Counted from the stretch's first letter, positions 1 through 11,099 are shown. The stretch is DNA of 64,000 bases from Dimorphilus gyrociliatus (GCA_904063045.1 CAJFCJ010000031.1:155105-219104); one strand, 5' to 3'. Program-made: numbers and translations. Notes: generated by a model not told the origin, from the letters alone.

Positions 1-574
1 TCTTCTTAACCCTCTCTTATTTCTTTCTCTTCGTAATGTTTCCCCCCCTCTCCTTCTTCTTTTTCCCCCATCTATAAACTGTACCGTAAAGAGCAATGAT
101 AGAGATTCTAAATATAGATAAGGAAAAAAAAAAGGAAAAAGAAACGCAAGAAAGAAGAAAAAACAAAGAAACATAAACAACATAATAAAGTTAGGAAAGT
201 ACAAATATTGATTTCTTTTTTTTTTTGGAAAAAAACTCTTCTTAAAGGATTAGGCGAAAATCTTCTTATCCATGTAGATAAATATATAAATTATGTACAA
301 TTTTTTAAAATTTGTTTGTCTCGTTTGTCCTATACGTATTTTGTATGGAAACGTAACAAATTAATAGGATGGATGATTTAGATAATTTTTTTTTGTTTCT
401 TTTTAAAAGTTTTTTGTTTTTTCTAAATGGAAATAGAAAGTTATAAGGAATTTTCAGACTAGAGCAATCAATTTTTCTATTATTGTTTCTGTTGCTGTTG
501 TTGCAGGTCTTTTGCTGATATGAAAAAAGAACGAAATGAAAAACAAAAAAAAAGCTATAAAAACTTTTTCTCTG

Positions 575-1064
575 CTAAGAGGGAGGCAAAGGAAGCTGAT
601 TGTTATCCGGGCCAGCACCATTTATGACGGGAGATACATTATTTAACTTAGTTAAGCCAATTGAACTAGCTGAATCTTGAATCTGTTGTATATATTCCGC
701 GCAGTTATCCTTCGATTGGTCAATTAAGTCGACCTGTCCTTGTAGTACTCGATTATTCCATACGATATTGTCGGCAGCCTTGACAGAATAAATAAAAACA
801 GTTACAAACGAATAAGAACACATATAATAAATACTAAAAAAATAAAAAACACACTCACATAGACATACATACTTATATACAAACAAAAAACATATTTTAA
901 GTAGATTAATTAATACCTTATTAAGCTTTTTTCCTTTAAGATTATGCTGTTCTAAAGTATTACGCAATTGTTCGTGACATTCCATATCTCGAAGTTTAAC
1001 TTGAATAATTGAGTTTCGTATGCGTTCGCAATTGGCCATTAATTGTTTGCAATGATTAATGAGC
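575..1064 (-). CDS. Tentative terminal exons of the PLC gene (917..1064 and 575..786), or part of its 3' end
   Basis: Frame-continuous coiled-coil-like piece LINHCKQLMANCERIRNSIIQVKLRDMECHEQLRNTLEQHNLKGKKLNK ends at AAG|GTATTA. Acceptor tctgtcaag then AADNIVWNNRVLQGQVDLIDQSKDNCAEYIQQIQDS...PLPPS* with a stop at 575-577. Joining it to exon 4 is not demonstrated. Confidence 0.3.
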
Positions 1065-2288
1065 TGTGTTTGTTAATTTTGTATAATTTTTTTTCTCTCT
1101 TTTTATATACAGTATAAAACTTAGAAAAAAAAGGGGGAATGCTTACATTTTCAAATGCAGATAGTCTTTTCTTCAATATATCGGGTAAATTACCCTGCGT
1201 TTCGAATCCAGGGAAATCATCTTTAATTACCAATGCTAATGAGACGGCTGAAGGTGACGGCGAGACAATCGTAGGTGTCGAATCTTCCGTCAAAGCTGGA
1301 CTTGGAGGAGGTGTTGCATTACAGGATGTCATGGTCCGAGATAAAATTCGAACGCATTGTTTTATGCTAGCTGTTGGAGAGAGGCCGCATTGTTCTCGTA
1401 AAACGACTAGAGCAAATTGAACGTTGTCTCGAAGGTCAGTCGCCTCTTTCATTGGATTAACCGCTGCTTTAAATGCATCGTCAATCGTTTTTACACCAAT
1501 ATGTTTAACAGTTGTATAGTCCTTCTTCTTTCTGGACCTTCTCTTAGAACAATATCGACTATGATTTGTTATGTGGACGTGTACAAATAATGTGGAATTT
1601 GGCAGCTCCTCCCCAGCGTGAGACAATAACTTGATATGCCTATACCCGGTACGCATACATAAGAAAGGTATCGTATATTGACCTATAAATTCGTCGCCAA
1701 TGCTTTCATCGTCTAAAACGGTAAATCTTACTAGAGCCATTTCCGGTAAATTAATTTGAAATTCGAATATTTCGTCGAAAACGGGATTATCCGTTTGGGG
1801 AACGGTCTTCGTATTTCTTTCAGCACAATCGGCCGGAATACCGAATACTTCAACTTGAACGTATGGATCAATTACATTTCCTTTAGCTAGCGTTTTACTA
1901 GGTTTAGGCAAATATTGTCCACTGATTATGCGTAATCTTAAAATCTTTGGTGCAATACCAGCCGTAGCGTCCTTGGCATTTGCATTAAAATAGGCCAATT
2001 GCTCTCTCATTATGCCAGGCTTTAAAACGTAACCGCAACCTCCATTCTGCAAAAATTTTCCATCGTTTAAATCCATCATCGTGCCGGTGGTTTGGAAATT
2101 AAGCGCCACTAATTGACATCCGCTATTCCACATGTCCTGCGGGTTGTAATTGCTAGAATCAATTCGGCTACCGTTTGGAAACACTCTTGTCAAGAATTTC
2201 TTGTTATGATTAACAAAATGGTCGGCAGAATGATTTGATAATTTCAAAGCTGAACTTTCGCTCATGGAACAAACTTCGTACCATTGTT
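1039..2288 (-). CDS. PLC exon 4: Y-box, C2 domain and the start of a long Ser/Pro-rich C-terminal tail; 3' boundary unresolved
   Basis: QWYEVCSMSESSALKL...RVFPNGSRIDSSNYNPQDMWNSGCQLVALNFQT...GGCGYVLKP (Y-box). RIISGQYLPK...VRFTVLDDESIGDEFIGQYTIPFLCMRTGYRHIKLL...TLFVHVHI (C2). The ORF continues a further ~170 aa with no stop. This tail may be spliced out somewhere above 1039. Confidence 0.8.
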
Positions 2289-2522
2289 CTACGAACGATA
2301 GAAAATGTTATATTAGTATTATATATTATATGTTAATAGACAATCAATTAGCGATGCGATTAGGATAAATAAGAAATAACAATATATATATACATATATA
2401 TATATACAGAATATGTTTATATATACACATATATATATATAATAGACATGTACACACATATAAAAAGGGGGAGGAGAGAGATCACCACGCCCAAACTGTA
2501 CGTTCATTTTAATTATACTTAC

Positions 2523-3376
2523 GTTTTGCATTAGAAGTTTCGAAGTCATAGAAACGTACAGTTCTACTGATGGAAACCAAATCTGATAATTCCTTAGCTA
2601 GTAAACGTTTTTTAGCGCTTTCTCTTTTCGAACGCTTAGAACGGTCGGAAGATGACTGATCGTGAAATTCTTCTTCATCAGTTACAAAATCGTTCTCTTC
2701 AGATCCATCGGGTAGCTTTTTAGTTTGTATTAATATCTTTCCGCGTAATTCCTCCGGAGAGGGCATCTTGGTTAAATTATCCGTCGAATTCGTGTATAAT
2801 TTTGACCCGAATACATCAGTTATGGTCGAAGCCATTAACTTTTGCTGCCCGATACTGCAATGATTTTCTATATGTAATATCAGAGGATATTCCGACTTTT
2901 CGAACGCCAGTTCGTTGATTTTTTTTATGACTTCAGAAAAAGAGATTTTTGGAGTAAGTGTATGTCCATGAAAAATAATTGGTTCTCCTTCAACACCATC
3001 CCAGCAATGCATTTCCAAGCAACGACAACCTTTCCTTAACGCTCTAGCGTAACCATCAACCGATGACGGACCACGTAATTGATCCTCTAATAGGTAGGTA
3101 TTATGCGACGTCGATATAAAATAATGGCTCAATGGTTGTGTCATATCTTGGCACACTCGACGTTCCTCTTCTACTAATAAACTACAATCATTCGATAGTA
3201 AATGCGCCGTAAAGCCATCAATTCCCAAACGGCCTAGTCGGCGTCCTTCCTTCGTTGGTTCATATTTATTGATGATCTCTAGGCATTGTTCCTTAGTCAC
3301 GTGCGCTATACCTTGTTCCGCTTCCAAAAAAAGCATCAAGTCATCTACAGTCAGGCTATCTGCGTTGTTTGAGTAT
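2523..3376 (-). CDS. PLC exon 3: catalytic X-box plus X/Y linker
   Basis: MTQPLSHYFISTSHNTYLLEDQLRGPSSVDGYARALRKGCRCLEMHCWDG...ELSDLVSISRTVRFYDFETS matches the PI-PLC X domain and linker (ELSDLVVYCKSVHF...). Donor C|GTAAGT. Confidence 0.88.
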
Positions 3377-3471
3377 CTGTCAGATTTAAGTCAATAAATA
3401 TAAAATCAGCATTAGTATAGAGAAATAGCCAGCTTTATATTTCTTTCTTATATAAAGCCTTAAAACTGTAC

Positions 3472-4075
3472 CTGACTAAAAGAAAATATATTTCTGGCCT
3501 AGTTGAAATCTCTTTAAAGAGATTGACAAACTCCTTACTACTAATTCGTCCTCCGCTAGAACCATTCTTCTTATTCAAATATTCTTTCAATTTCAACTTT
3601 ACTTTACCGTCCGGCAGCGAAGAATTCAAGTCTTGAACTATTCTCATCACTACGTCAGCATCCAAATGGCCTTCCTCGGCATTTGTGTCGAAAACTTCCT
3701 GAAGCCACTCGTCACGCATTTGTTGCCTATCGTCGACAACCTCTTCCGGTTTGCCATTTATTAGACAAGTCAATCCAGTAACCCATATACAGGCTTCGTC
3801 CGGTGTTGACGCTGCTAGATCCATAGTTTCAAAATTCTCTCCGTATACAATTGTAAACGAACACGATTCCCCGTAGTTAGCCGTATTCTTACCGACGCGT
3901 ATCTCTTTGATGTCTTTCACTAGAATTTTCGCTTTACTTGGCTTCTTTGTCGAAGGTCTCCAGCAGATCTCCTGCATCTTTGAATCCAATTGAAATATAC
4001 GATTATAATGTCTAGAATTTGCCCGCACTTTAATCAGATGAGTTCCCTCTTGCATCCTCTTTAAACAGTCGGGTG
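3472..4075 (-). CDS. PLC exon 2: PH domain and EF-hand region
   Basis: Translation ...LKRMQEGTHLIKVRANSRHYNRIFQLDSKMQEICW... aligns with the PLC-delta1 PH domain ([31 protein letters not shown]). Acceptor cccccctccag, donor AG|GTACAG. Phase matches exon 1. Confidence 0.8.
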
Positions 4076-4389
4076 CTGGAGGGGGGGGAAGAAGTCATGA
4101 AGACATGATTAAAAAAGGAAGAAAAGAAAAGCAATTAAATTCATCTTATTATCTAGAGCGGAAAGACAGGAGGAGGGGGGAAGGTGAGTAGAAAAAAAAA
4201 TATATTAAACAATTTCTTATGATTCTCTCAGCATTTATTACTCTTTAACAATCAGCTGATGACCCTTTTTGCCACGCCTATTTTTAAATGAAATAAAAAT
4301 CGAACGCGATTTTTGACTCGCAATAAAAACAACGATATCACTTATAGAAACAACGTGAAATTTCGAATATTTATTAATTTTTAACATAC

Positions 4390-4630
4390 CATTCGTTACC
4401 GATCGCTCGTTTGGCATTGAACTAAATGAGACAGTCTTTTTCTTCATAGCTCTCTTATTCGGGTCTTTAATTAAACTACTTCGGCGGGTACGGCTAATTG
4501 TTTGAGCAATATCACTACTATCCACATGCAAGTAGTTTCCATCGCTATTGCGATCTTTTGAATCTGAATTCGAGACGTCTTCGGTCGACGACGTCTTTCC
4601 CCTCGAAGCTGCGTCCGAGTCGTCGGCCAT
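4390..4630 (-). CDS. PLC (delta/eta-class) exon 1, N-terminal region; start codon at 4628-4630
   Basis: ORF 4238..4636 reads MADDSDAASRGKTSS...KKKTVSFSSMPNERSVTNG, then a GTATGT donor (phase 1). Same strand and order as the PH/X/Y exons downstream. Confidence 0.65.
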
Positions 4631-4861
4631 TTTCAAACTGCCGTGGAGACCGAACTACAGAACAGGTAACCCCACTATAAATATATATATTTTTTTTCTT
4701 TTTTTTTTCGCGGCAAAAATTCAAAGGAATAAAACACAAGTATTTTTTATTGTTAAACTTCTTTTGTAAAACTATATTTTGGTTTTATTTTGTTCTTTTT
4801 GTATGGAATCATTGGCACATAAATACAAAGTTTTTATTTATTTATTGATTACATTCACTGA

Positions 4862-5041
4862 TTATTCTGTTGTCGCTGTTGTACTTGTCTGACCAACGTC
4901 CATGACGTGTGTCGATTTTCCTTCTTTCATCTTGTGTTGATGTTCAATTAGGGACACGCAAACGAAAACCCAATTATACAAATACTGAGCTGGTATAGAG
5001 CCATTTTTTGCAACGGTTCCATGTGGAACGGCTGATAAGAT
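4862..5041 (-). CDS. EFCAB5-like terminal exon; stop at 4862-4864
   Basis: (A)VPHGTVAKNGSIPAQYLYNWVFVCVSLIEHQHKMKEGKSTHVMDVGQTSTTATTE*. Acceptor ttttatcttatcag, phase-consistent with the previous exon. Confidence 0.45.
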   Translation of the reverse strand: MLSAVPHGTVAKNGSIPAQYLYNWVFVCVSLIEHQHKMKEGKSTHVMDVGQTSTTATTE

Positions 5042-5111
5042 AAAAGAGAGATAAATTTATTAATATAGGATATTTATAATATCTTACAATATAATAACTA
5101 AATTATATTAC

Positions 5112-5211
5112 CGTTTAAGTATCCGTAAATTAATTCAATAGGAATATCGTCAGACGGATCTTGAGTAGGATCGTAATGAAGAATTCTATTTCCCAATTGT
5201 TGATTTAGATA
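5112..5211 (-). CDS. EFCAB5-like exon
   Basis: YLNQQLGNRILHYDPTQDPSDDIPIELIYGYLN. Acceptor cttgtttag, donor G|GTAATA. Confidence 0.45.
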
Positions 5212-5693
5212 CTAAACAAGTTTGATGTTGAGAGAAGAGAATGAGCATATATTACAAATCGAGGCAGCGAGTGAGTGTCGGAGAGCAAGGAAGAATGAGA
5301 GAGGCAGGCAATGCAACCAAATTGGTAAAAAAAAAAGAGAAATAGAATTAGTCTCGTTGTTAGTCAAACTCTCTCAAAATATATCATTTATATGCACTAT
5401 ATAGTACAAATAAATGATTCAATACAATATAGACGTATAAGAAACAAATAATAAATAACAATAAGGATAATAAAGATGATAATGACAATAGTAATAACAA
5501 TTATGATGATAATGATGATGAGGCAGAAATCCATGTTTTTTTTTTCTTGGTCCGTTTTTATTTTTAAACATGCCGTGATAAGACGTGATTATTGTATACA
5601 TGCAACTCTTACCGTAATTAATCATCACGATCGAAATCGGTGTAAAAAAAAAAAAAAAAAAGAAAAAAAAACAAAATATAAAAGTTTTTTTTT

Positions 5694-5718
5694 CTCTCTC
5701 TCTCTCTCTCTCTCTCTT
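5694..5718. repeat. (CT)n microsatellite following a poly(A) tract at 5644-5670
   Basis: tctctctctctctctctctct, directly readable; in an intron of the EFCAB5-like gene. Confidence 0.95.
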
Positions 5719-5935
5719 CTTTTTCTTTTCTTAAAAAAGATACTACTCCACCCTTAAAAGATCCCTTTTTTTATTGATTATAATACTATTTGTACAGCTA
5801 ATTATTGTTAAAAGAGGCTTAGACTTTACTCTAACGTTTAAATATTTAAGATATAAATTTCTTTTGTTTCAAGTGTAAAATCTTTAGGAAATAAGAGAAT
5901 ATATATATTTAGTATACTATATATATAAAATTAAC

Positions 5936-6028
5936 CTGTTTACAGCCATTCCAATTGTTAAATTGACTCTCAATTGCCGGTTGCGGATAGAAAACAGTTA
6001 ATACTGCCTTTATAATTTGATGGATGAT
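5936..6028 (-). CDS. EFCAB5-like exon
   Basis: IIHQIIKAVLTVFYPQPAIESQFNNWNGCKQ, phase 0. Acceptor ccgtcag, donor CAG|GTTAAT. Confidence 0.45.
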
Positions 6029-6122
6029 CTGACGGAATAAAGCGTTTCAATTACGAATTCTATTTACGAGATCAATCAATTCATTTGATAAAATATATAG
6101 AAAAAAAAAGAGAGAAACTTAC

Positions 6123-7756
6123 TTCTGGAGGCTCTTTATAGCTTTTTAATTCAGCATAAGCTTGAGCGTCTAATTTAGCGACGTTTTCTTTCAGATCAGC
6201 AAGCATTAACTTATCGAATAGTACTTCAACATCATTCACCTCGGAGGAACGTGATATTTCGTTATAGGCCATTTGCAACAACTTTAACATTTTCATTACT
6301 TCCTTATTTTCGAGTTTTGGTAAAGCTTTTAGTTCTCCAATGACCATATCTAATAGAACAACCGTCATACCCTGTTCATCTCTTAGCGGAAAAGCTAAAT
6401 GCCTTTCACCGTACGCGTCAGCGCTTACCGATTCCGAATTATCAACGCAGTTAAATAAATAATCCCGAAAGAGATTATCCTTCCTATGTAGCTTTGGTGG
6501 AGTAGATAGTAAATGAGCCGTTCCTTTATTATCAGTCACAATCATCTTCCTCAAAACGTATTCGTTAGTTTTCTGTTCCGGCTCTACCATATAAACAGTT
6601 ACGTCCTTTACGTGAGGGCATCTTCTTAATATCCAGCTTATAGCCGATTCGGATATCCTCAGCGTCTTCTCTCTTACGTCGACGTGATGATAAGAAATAC
6701 TAAACGATTTAGCAGCCCCTTGAAAGAATTGTATTTCGTGCGATATAAAAATAGCTCTAGAATGAGGATCGGACAATGTATCAATACCCAAAATGCCAAA
6801 TACCCTTTTCTTATTGTCCTTTAAAGGAACAACTATAAAAGATCCTTCTCTCTCGTCTTCTGGCCTGTCATTATTCCAAAATTGTATATTGCCATGATTG
6901 CTAACCTTTGGCACATGAATAGGTTTCCCACTTTCGACCGAGGCAAAACTAATGCCTTTCATGTCTGGATAAAGAACTTTGCCAAGTACGTAAGGAGCAT
7001 CTTCCGAGGTGGCACTTACGTAACGCAATAAATGTGGTCCCCTAGAAGGTGCTATAATATTTCTCTCCAACATAGCTACATAGGCACTTATTAATTTTCC
7101 ACCACCATGAGTTTCGGCGTCCTTGTACAAAGCTTGGAATAGAGTTTTATAAATTGGCTGCATACTCGCTCCTGACGTTTCGGCTGCAGTTACAATTTGT
7201 TTTAACCATTTCTTCCTTGCTTCGCCTCTAACTCTTTCTGTATACGTTCTCTCAACGCTACTAATCAAGAATTCAACCAGTAGATCAAATGTATCTTCTC
7301 CAGACATGTAATGGACAACCCTATGTAACAAATCGCGAAATTCTCTCTTACTTAATCTTTGATCGTGCACCTTATTCTTAGTTTTTATTTCCTTCTTTGC
7401 CTTCTCTATTGCCTCTTCTTCCATACCATTTTTATATTTATTCATAATAGTACAAACTTCTTCCAAGTCAATAAAACCTGAAGCATCATTGTCCCACATC
7501 TCAAATAGACTGTTCAGCATCAAACGTCGTTTAGCAGACAACGCTTCTCTTCTGGCTTTAACTAATCTTTGCATTCTTTCATCTTCAGTTTCGACGTAAC
7601 CTTCTCTAACAAACCTAACCAAATTATTGAAAATAACCGACTCTGCCTCATCGCCTATAAAAGTCTCAGTTAGATGGACAAATTGGGAAACGTTTAATTG
7701 ATTCTCATCAAAAGCTGACGCCTGAGATTGACTTCTTGTACCTTGAGACGTTATCA
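6123..7756 (-). CDS. EFCAB5-like major exon: EF-hand plus GAF-like domain
   Basis: 544-codon open frame. EF-hand loop MWDNDASGFIDLEEV. The region LGKVLYPDMKGISFASVESGKPIHVPKVSNHGNIQFWNN...FIVVPLKDNKKRVFGILGIDTL is GAF-like. This EF-hand-plus-GAF combination is what EFCAB5 carries. Donor GAA|GTAAGT. Confidence 0.75.
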
Positions 7757-7879
7757 CTGGAGGATCGTTTAAAAATTAAAGAAATCGCACAATTGGTGAT
7801 GAAAAGACTGTATACTAAAAATAGTACGTACAAGTTCTTTCCCGTACGAAAGTTGTTCCTTCAGCGAATGAAACTTTAC

Positions 7880-7939
7880 TTTGTTGTGTCATGGGAGGTT
7901 TCATCATTTCTTTTTCCATCAGTGCTTTTATTTCTGCCT
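7880..7939 (-). CDS. EFCAB5-like small exon
   Basis: (E)AEIKALMEKEMMKPPMTQQ. Donor A|GTAAAG is phase-compatible with the next exon (A+TG). An alternative donor TTC|GTACGG at 7848 is phase-incompatible. Confidence 0.4.
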
Positions 7940-8005
7940 CTATTAAGGGGAGTATATATATAGAAACTCATCGTATCTTTTTATTTAACAGCGTCTCTTA
8001 CAAAC

Positions 8006-8504
8006 CTTCTATAGCATTTTGAGACAAGGGCCGCTCTTCCTCGTCTTCATTGCCCTCCTTTTCTTCTTTCTGAGAATCTTTCTTCTCTTCTTGGTCGACT
8101 TGCTCGCCTTCTTCATTTTTAATATCACTTTTTTCTTTTTCATCTTTTTCTTCTTTTTCCTCCTTTTCCTCTTTTTCGTTGACCTCCTCTTCAGCTTTCT
8201 TTGCTGATTCCTTTTCTAATTCCGCTGTTAATTCTATTGTCGGCTCTTTATTTTCTTTGTCAGGCTGTTTTGTCTCCTCCTCACCCTCTACATTTGGTTT
8301 AGCTTCTTCACTAACTATCTCTTCCTGCTCTTTATCTGCTTTCGTCTCTTCTTTATCATTTTCTTCAGTTTTGTCCTCTAATTTTTCAACTTGTTCTTCC
8401 CCTTCGATAGAAAGTTTTCCTTCGTCCGTTTTTTCGTCTAAATTAGGTGATGTTCTAGTCTCCTCGCCATCTTTTACCTCTGTTCCCAGCTCAGAAACTC
8501 CACC
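8006..8504 (-). CDS. EFCAB5-like Lys/Glu-rich low-complexity exon (~166 aa)
   Basis: Single open frame GGVSELGTEVKDGEETRTSPNLDEKTDEGKLSIEGEEQVEKLEDKTEENDKEETKADKEQEEIVSEE...EKEEKEEKEEKDEKEKSDIKNEEGEQVDQEEKKDSQKEEKEGNEDEEERPLSQNAIE. Acceptor ttttaaatag, donor G|GTTTGT. Confidence 0.55.
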
Positions 8505-8561
8505 CTATTTAAAAAACTCATTATATACTTCTAGGAAAAATTATCAATGCTATATTAATAC

Positions 8562-8644
8562 AGTAGCATGTATGGTATCGAATTCCTCTTCATTATCGCA
8601 TTCGCTATCGGCAGCTACGGCTTCTTCAACTTCGACAACCGGCC
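8562..8644 (-). CDS. EFCAB5-like acidic exon
   Basis: GPVVEVEEAVAADSECDNEEEFDTIHAT. Acceptor ttttattag, donor GTATTA. Confidence 0.4.
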
Positions 8645-8702
8645 CTAATAAAATATACATAGAATAAATATTGTTCCAAAAAAAAAATTCGTTTGATCTT
8701 AC

Positions 8703-8802
8703 ATTTTCGCGGATTGCGAATGACGTTCTTTGTATTGCCCTTAGCTTTATCCCAGAACATTTCGAACAGATTTAATATTCTATGACGATCTATCAATCCA
8801 AT
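8703..8802 (-). CDS. EFCAB5-like exon
   Basis: IGLIDRHRILNLFEMFWDKAKGNTKNVIRNPRK. Donor T|GTAAGA, phase-consistent with the next exon (T+GG gives W). Confidence 0.45.
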
Positions 8803-8860
8803 CTATCAGACACAAAGATTAAATAATAAAAATGTTACTTTTATACAATAAATTACTTAC

Positions 8861-9016
8861 AAGAGTATGGTCACAAGAGAAAAATAGCTGAGTTAGCATG
8901 TCTCTTCTCCTCTCCTTGCGATTTTGAAGAGAATGAGCATTGGCACAATGCTTAAGATGAGTTAATAATTTCTCAAATTCCTCTGGATCCAACTCTTTGC
9001 TTAGGCTATCGACAAG
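8861..9016 (-). CDS. EFCAB5-like exon
   Basis: LVDSLSKELDPEEFEKLLTHLKHCANAHSLQNRKERRRDMLTQLFFSCDHTL, donor GTAAGT. Confidence 0.45.
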
Positions 9017-9128
9017 CTAATTTTTTTTTAGAAAGGCGGAAAAATGAAAATAATAATCAGCGAAAAGGAAGAAAAGAAATATTTAATTTCCTAAGGGAAT
9101 GCAGAATCAGAACTTACAGACACGAAAT

Positions 9129-9277
9129 CTTCTTTTTCAAGGGTCTTTCCAGTATCATCTGTAGTTTGAAGACTTCTAATAAGAGCTTGGGCAATAGCCT
9201 TTACGTTTGAATTTTCATCGGCCACATGATCGGTAATTTCAGCAAAAGACCTCAAAGCGTTTTGAATCTAATTGAAT
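9129..9277 (-). CDS. EFCAB5-like exon
   Basis: IQNALRSFAEITDHVADENSNVKAIAQALIRSLQTTDDTGKTLEKEDFVS. Acceptor ttcaattag, donor GTAAGT. Confidence 0.45.
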
Positions 9278-9341
9278 TGAGAAAGATATATAAATTGACT
9301 ATGTCATTTATATTAATGATGAACTTACGACAGACAATTGA

Positions 9342-9478
9342 AGCCTTCCCTCCGAGATTGAAGTCCAATCTTCGTATTGTACATTAAGGGAGCCCTGTCG
9401 ACGCCTTGTCTCAGCAATTCGTTGCATTTCTTCTCTTTCTCTTAGCTCCCTTCTCTTCCTCGCCTCAGCTTTGACCTT
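9342..9478 (-). CDS. EFCAB5-like exon, coiled-coil and basic
   Basis: PINRLAKVKAEARKRRELREREEMQRIAETRRRQGSLNVQYEDWTSISEGRLQLSV. Acceptor cgataaacag, donor GTAAGT. Confidence 0.5.
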
Positions 9479-9572
9479 TGCGAGCCTGTTTATCGGGTTA
9501 AAACTTAAGCTCTTTGTCTCCGTAATAACGTTTCTTATATGTTATATAATAAAAAATTATATTTTGATTTAC

Positions 9573-10102
9573 CTATTTTCTTCCATATCGAAGAGTTGTT
9601 TCTTAAGATTTTCATTCACTTGACGTAATCCTCTGATATAAGGAGATGCTTCCGAAAAATTTGAATATCTTGGGTTATTCCTCATTAAATACTGAGCAAT
9701 ATAATTAATAGGATTAAATTCTCGTTCAGGAGGAGCATCTTCAATAGACAATCCTCTTCTCTCAACTTCCCGCAATAGCTTTTCAAGTCCCATAATTAAA
9801 GTTGGCAAAATACGATCAACCAAATACGCTCTAGTTTCCGCTCCTGCCCTAGTTTCTCTTAACCAATCTCTAGCCAGAAGTTCCATTGGTATTTTTCTTG
9901 CCATCTGCATAGCTTCTTCACGTGTTTTTTCATTTTCAATCTTCTTCTCTGCCCGTTTAGTTAAAAGTTTTGACATTTGTATATCACCGTGAAGTTTAGA
10001 CCATTTTGTCTTAATGCTGCGACTGACAGGACGAAGGTAATCAGGCATCTGAGTTAGATACTGATCCTGTACTGTGTCAATACTAGTTTCATCCATTTTC
10101 AT
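9573..10102 (-). CDS. EFCAB5-like gene, first coding exon with a Dpy-30/RIIa-like dimerisation motif
   Basis: MKMDETSIDTV...RAYLVDRILPTLIMGLEKLLREVERRGLSIEDAPPEREFNPINYIAQYLMRNNP fits the Dpy-30/DD_RIIa pattern (YL...V.P.L..GL..L......P.DP..FLA.YL). Donor AG|GTAAAT. Confidence 0.65.
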
Positions 10103-10373
10103 GGAGTTAAGGCCTTTAAAAGTAGAAAATGCTTTAAAGATTTTAGTGCCGCCCGAAACTAGCCGCCATTATTATTTACGTGTCGTTGCTACAGATACAA
10201 GCTGTGGTTCCCCAATTCACTGGATAATACCAATGACAAAATATCTCATGGACCAGGTAACCAACGTGTAGTTTCGGGCATTTTTTCGTCTGCTTAAGAG
10301 CATTTCAAAATACTTTTTCAATACAAAGAAAGACCGCTGATATATCGTTCAAAAGAAACTAAAAGATAGCAAA
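10103..10373. promoter_or_regulatory. Putative bidirectional promoter between the head-to-head EFCAB5-like (-) and DNAAF3-like (+) start codons
   Basis: 271 bp separate the two divergent ATGs. It carries RFX X-box-like half-sites GTTGCTAC (10185-10192) and GGTAAC (within 10245-10262). Confidence 0.45.
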
Positions 10374-10613
10374 ATGCCACCGAAAAAGTTAAAATCATAT
10401 TGGGGAAAATCACCTGCCATTGATTTCCTGAGTAATTGTTATAATTTTAAAGATCTATCTACACTCCCGGCTATTTTTTTCTCAGGTTATCCTAGCAATA
10501 TTCATACTGTTGATGACAAAAGGAGTATCCTGATGATTGGGGCTAATGATATAAGGCACATTTTAAAAACTGTATCTCAGAGGTTTAAATACGAAAATTC
10601 TCCAAAGATAAAT
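10374..10613 (+). CDS. DNAAF3: DNAAF3-like (dynein axonemal assembly factor 3) exon 1
   Basis: MPPKKLKSYWGKSPAIDFLSNC...ILMIGANDIRHILKTV resembles the DNAAF3 N-terminus (SWWGLSPALDL...LLVGSGDARHVLKT, from memory). Donor AAT|GTAATT. Confidence 0.55.
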
Positions 10614-10672
10614 GTAATTAAAAGAGTTTTATTTTTTTTTTAAAAAAAAATAATTAAATGATTATTTTTCAG

Positions 10673-10766
10673 TTTTATGTCCTTGAGGAAGAGGCTAGTT
10701 TATACGCAAGATTTATTCTATTATTATGCATTGCTACGGAAAAAACTAAACGTTTTGGTCTTCAGC
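10673..10766 (+). CDS. DNAAF3: DNAAF3-like exon 2
   Basis: FYVLEEEASLYARFILLLCIATEKTKRFGLQ. Acceptor ttttcag, donor C|GTATGA. Confidence 0.45.
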
Positions 10767-11099
10767 GTATGATATTTTCCATTTAAATTCAGAATTTTAA
10801 TAGGCGATTAATTTTAAATTATCTTTACTTCTAATGAAAAGAAAAAGCCGAATTTCTATTGGAAATCTGGGGAAATAGCTTTATAAGGGTAGAAACTCTA
10901 GAATATGTACAAAAGATGAGTCAATATATTAAAAAGTATTATATTTAAAAATAAACCTATTTAAAAGATTAATAAATTAAATCTGAATGTAATAAAAGGT
11001 TCGTTGGTGACGTCTCTGGTCTAAAATCATCTATTCCCTTTCTTGATAATTCTCAGCTAACAGTTAGTAATTGAATAAAATTTTTTTTCAAAAGAAAAA

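Noticed and set aside
1190-1210. tRNA T-loop-like string gtttcgaatcc
   Set aside because: It lies inside the PLC coding exon and has no flanking acceptor-stem or D-loop complementarity. I found no credible tRNA anywhere in the window.
1139-1420. 93-aa plus-strand ORF overlapping the PLC Y-box exon
   Set aside because: It lies antisense to a strongly supported coding exon and has no homology-like features. It is a typical shadow ORF of a coding region.
5419-5757. ORFs encoding H/Y/M-rich or poly-S/L peptides, and (ATGATG)n that superficially resembles snoRNA box C
   Set aside because: These are low-complexity microsatellite sequence (ATG/ATA repeats, poly-A, (CT)n) inside an intron. There are no paired C/D boxes with terminal stem.
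8019-8667. Plus-strand ORFs rich in F/L and S (62 aa and 162 aa)
   Set aside because: They are the antisense frames of the Lys/Glu-rich exon (AAG/GAA repeats read backwards as CTT/TTC), not genes.
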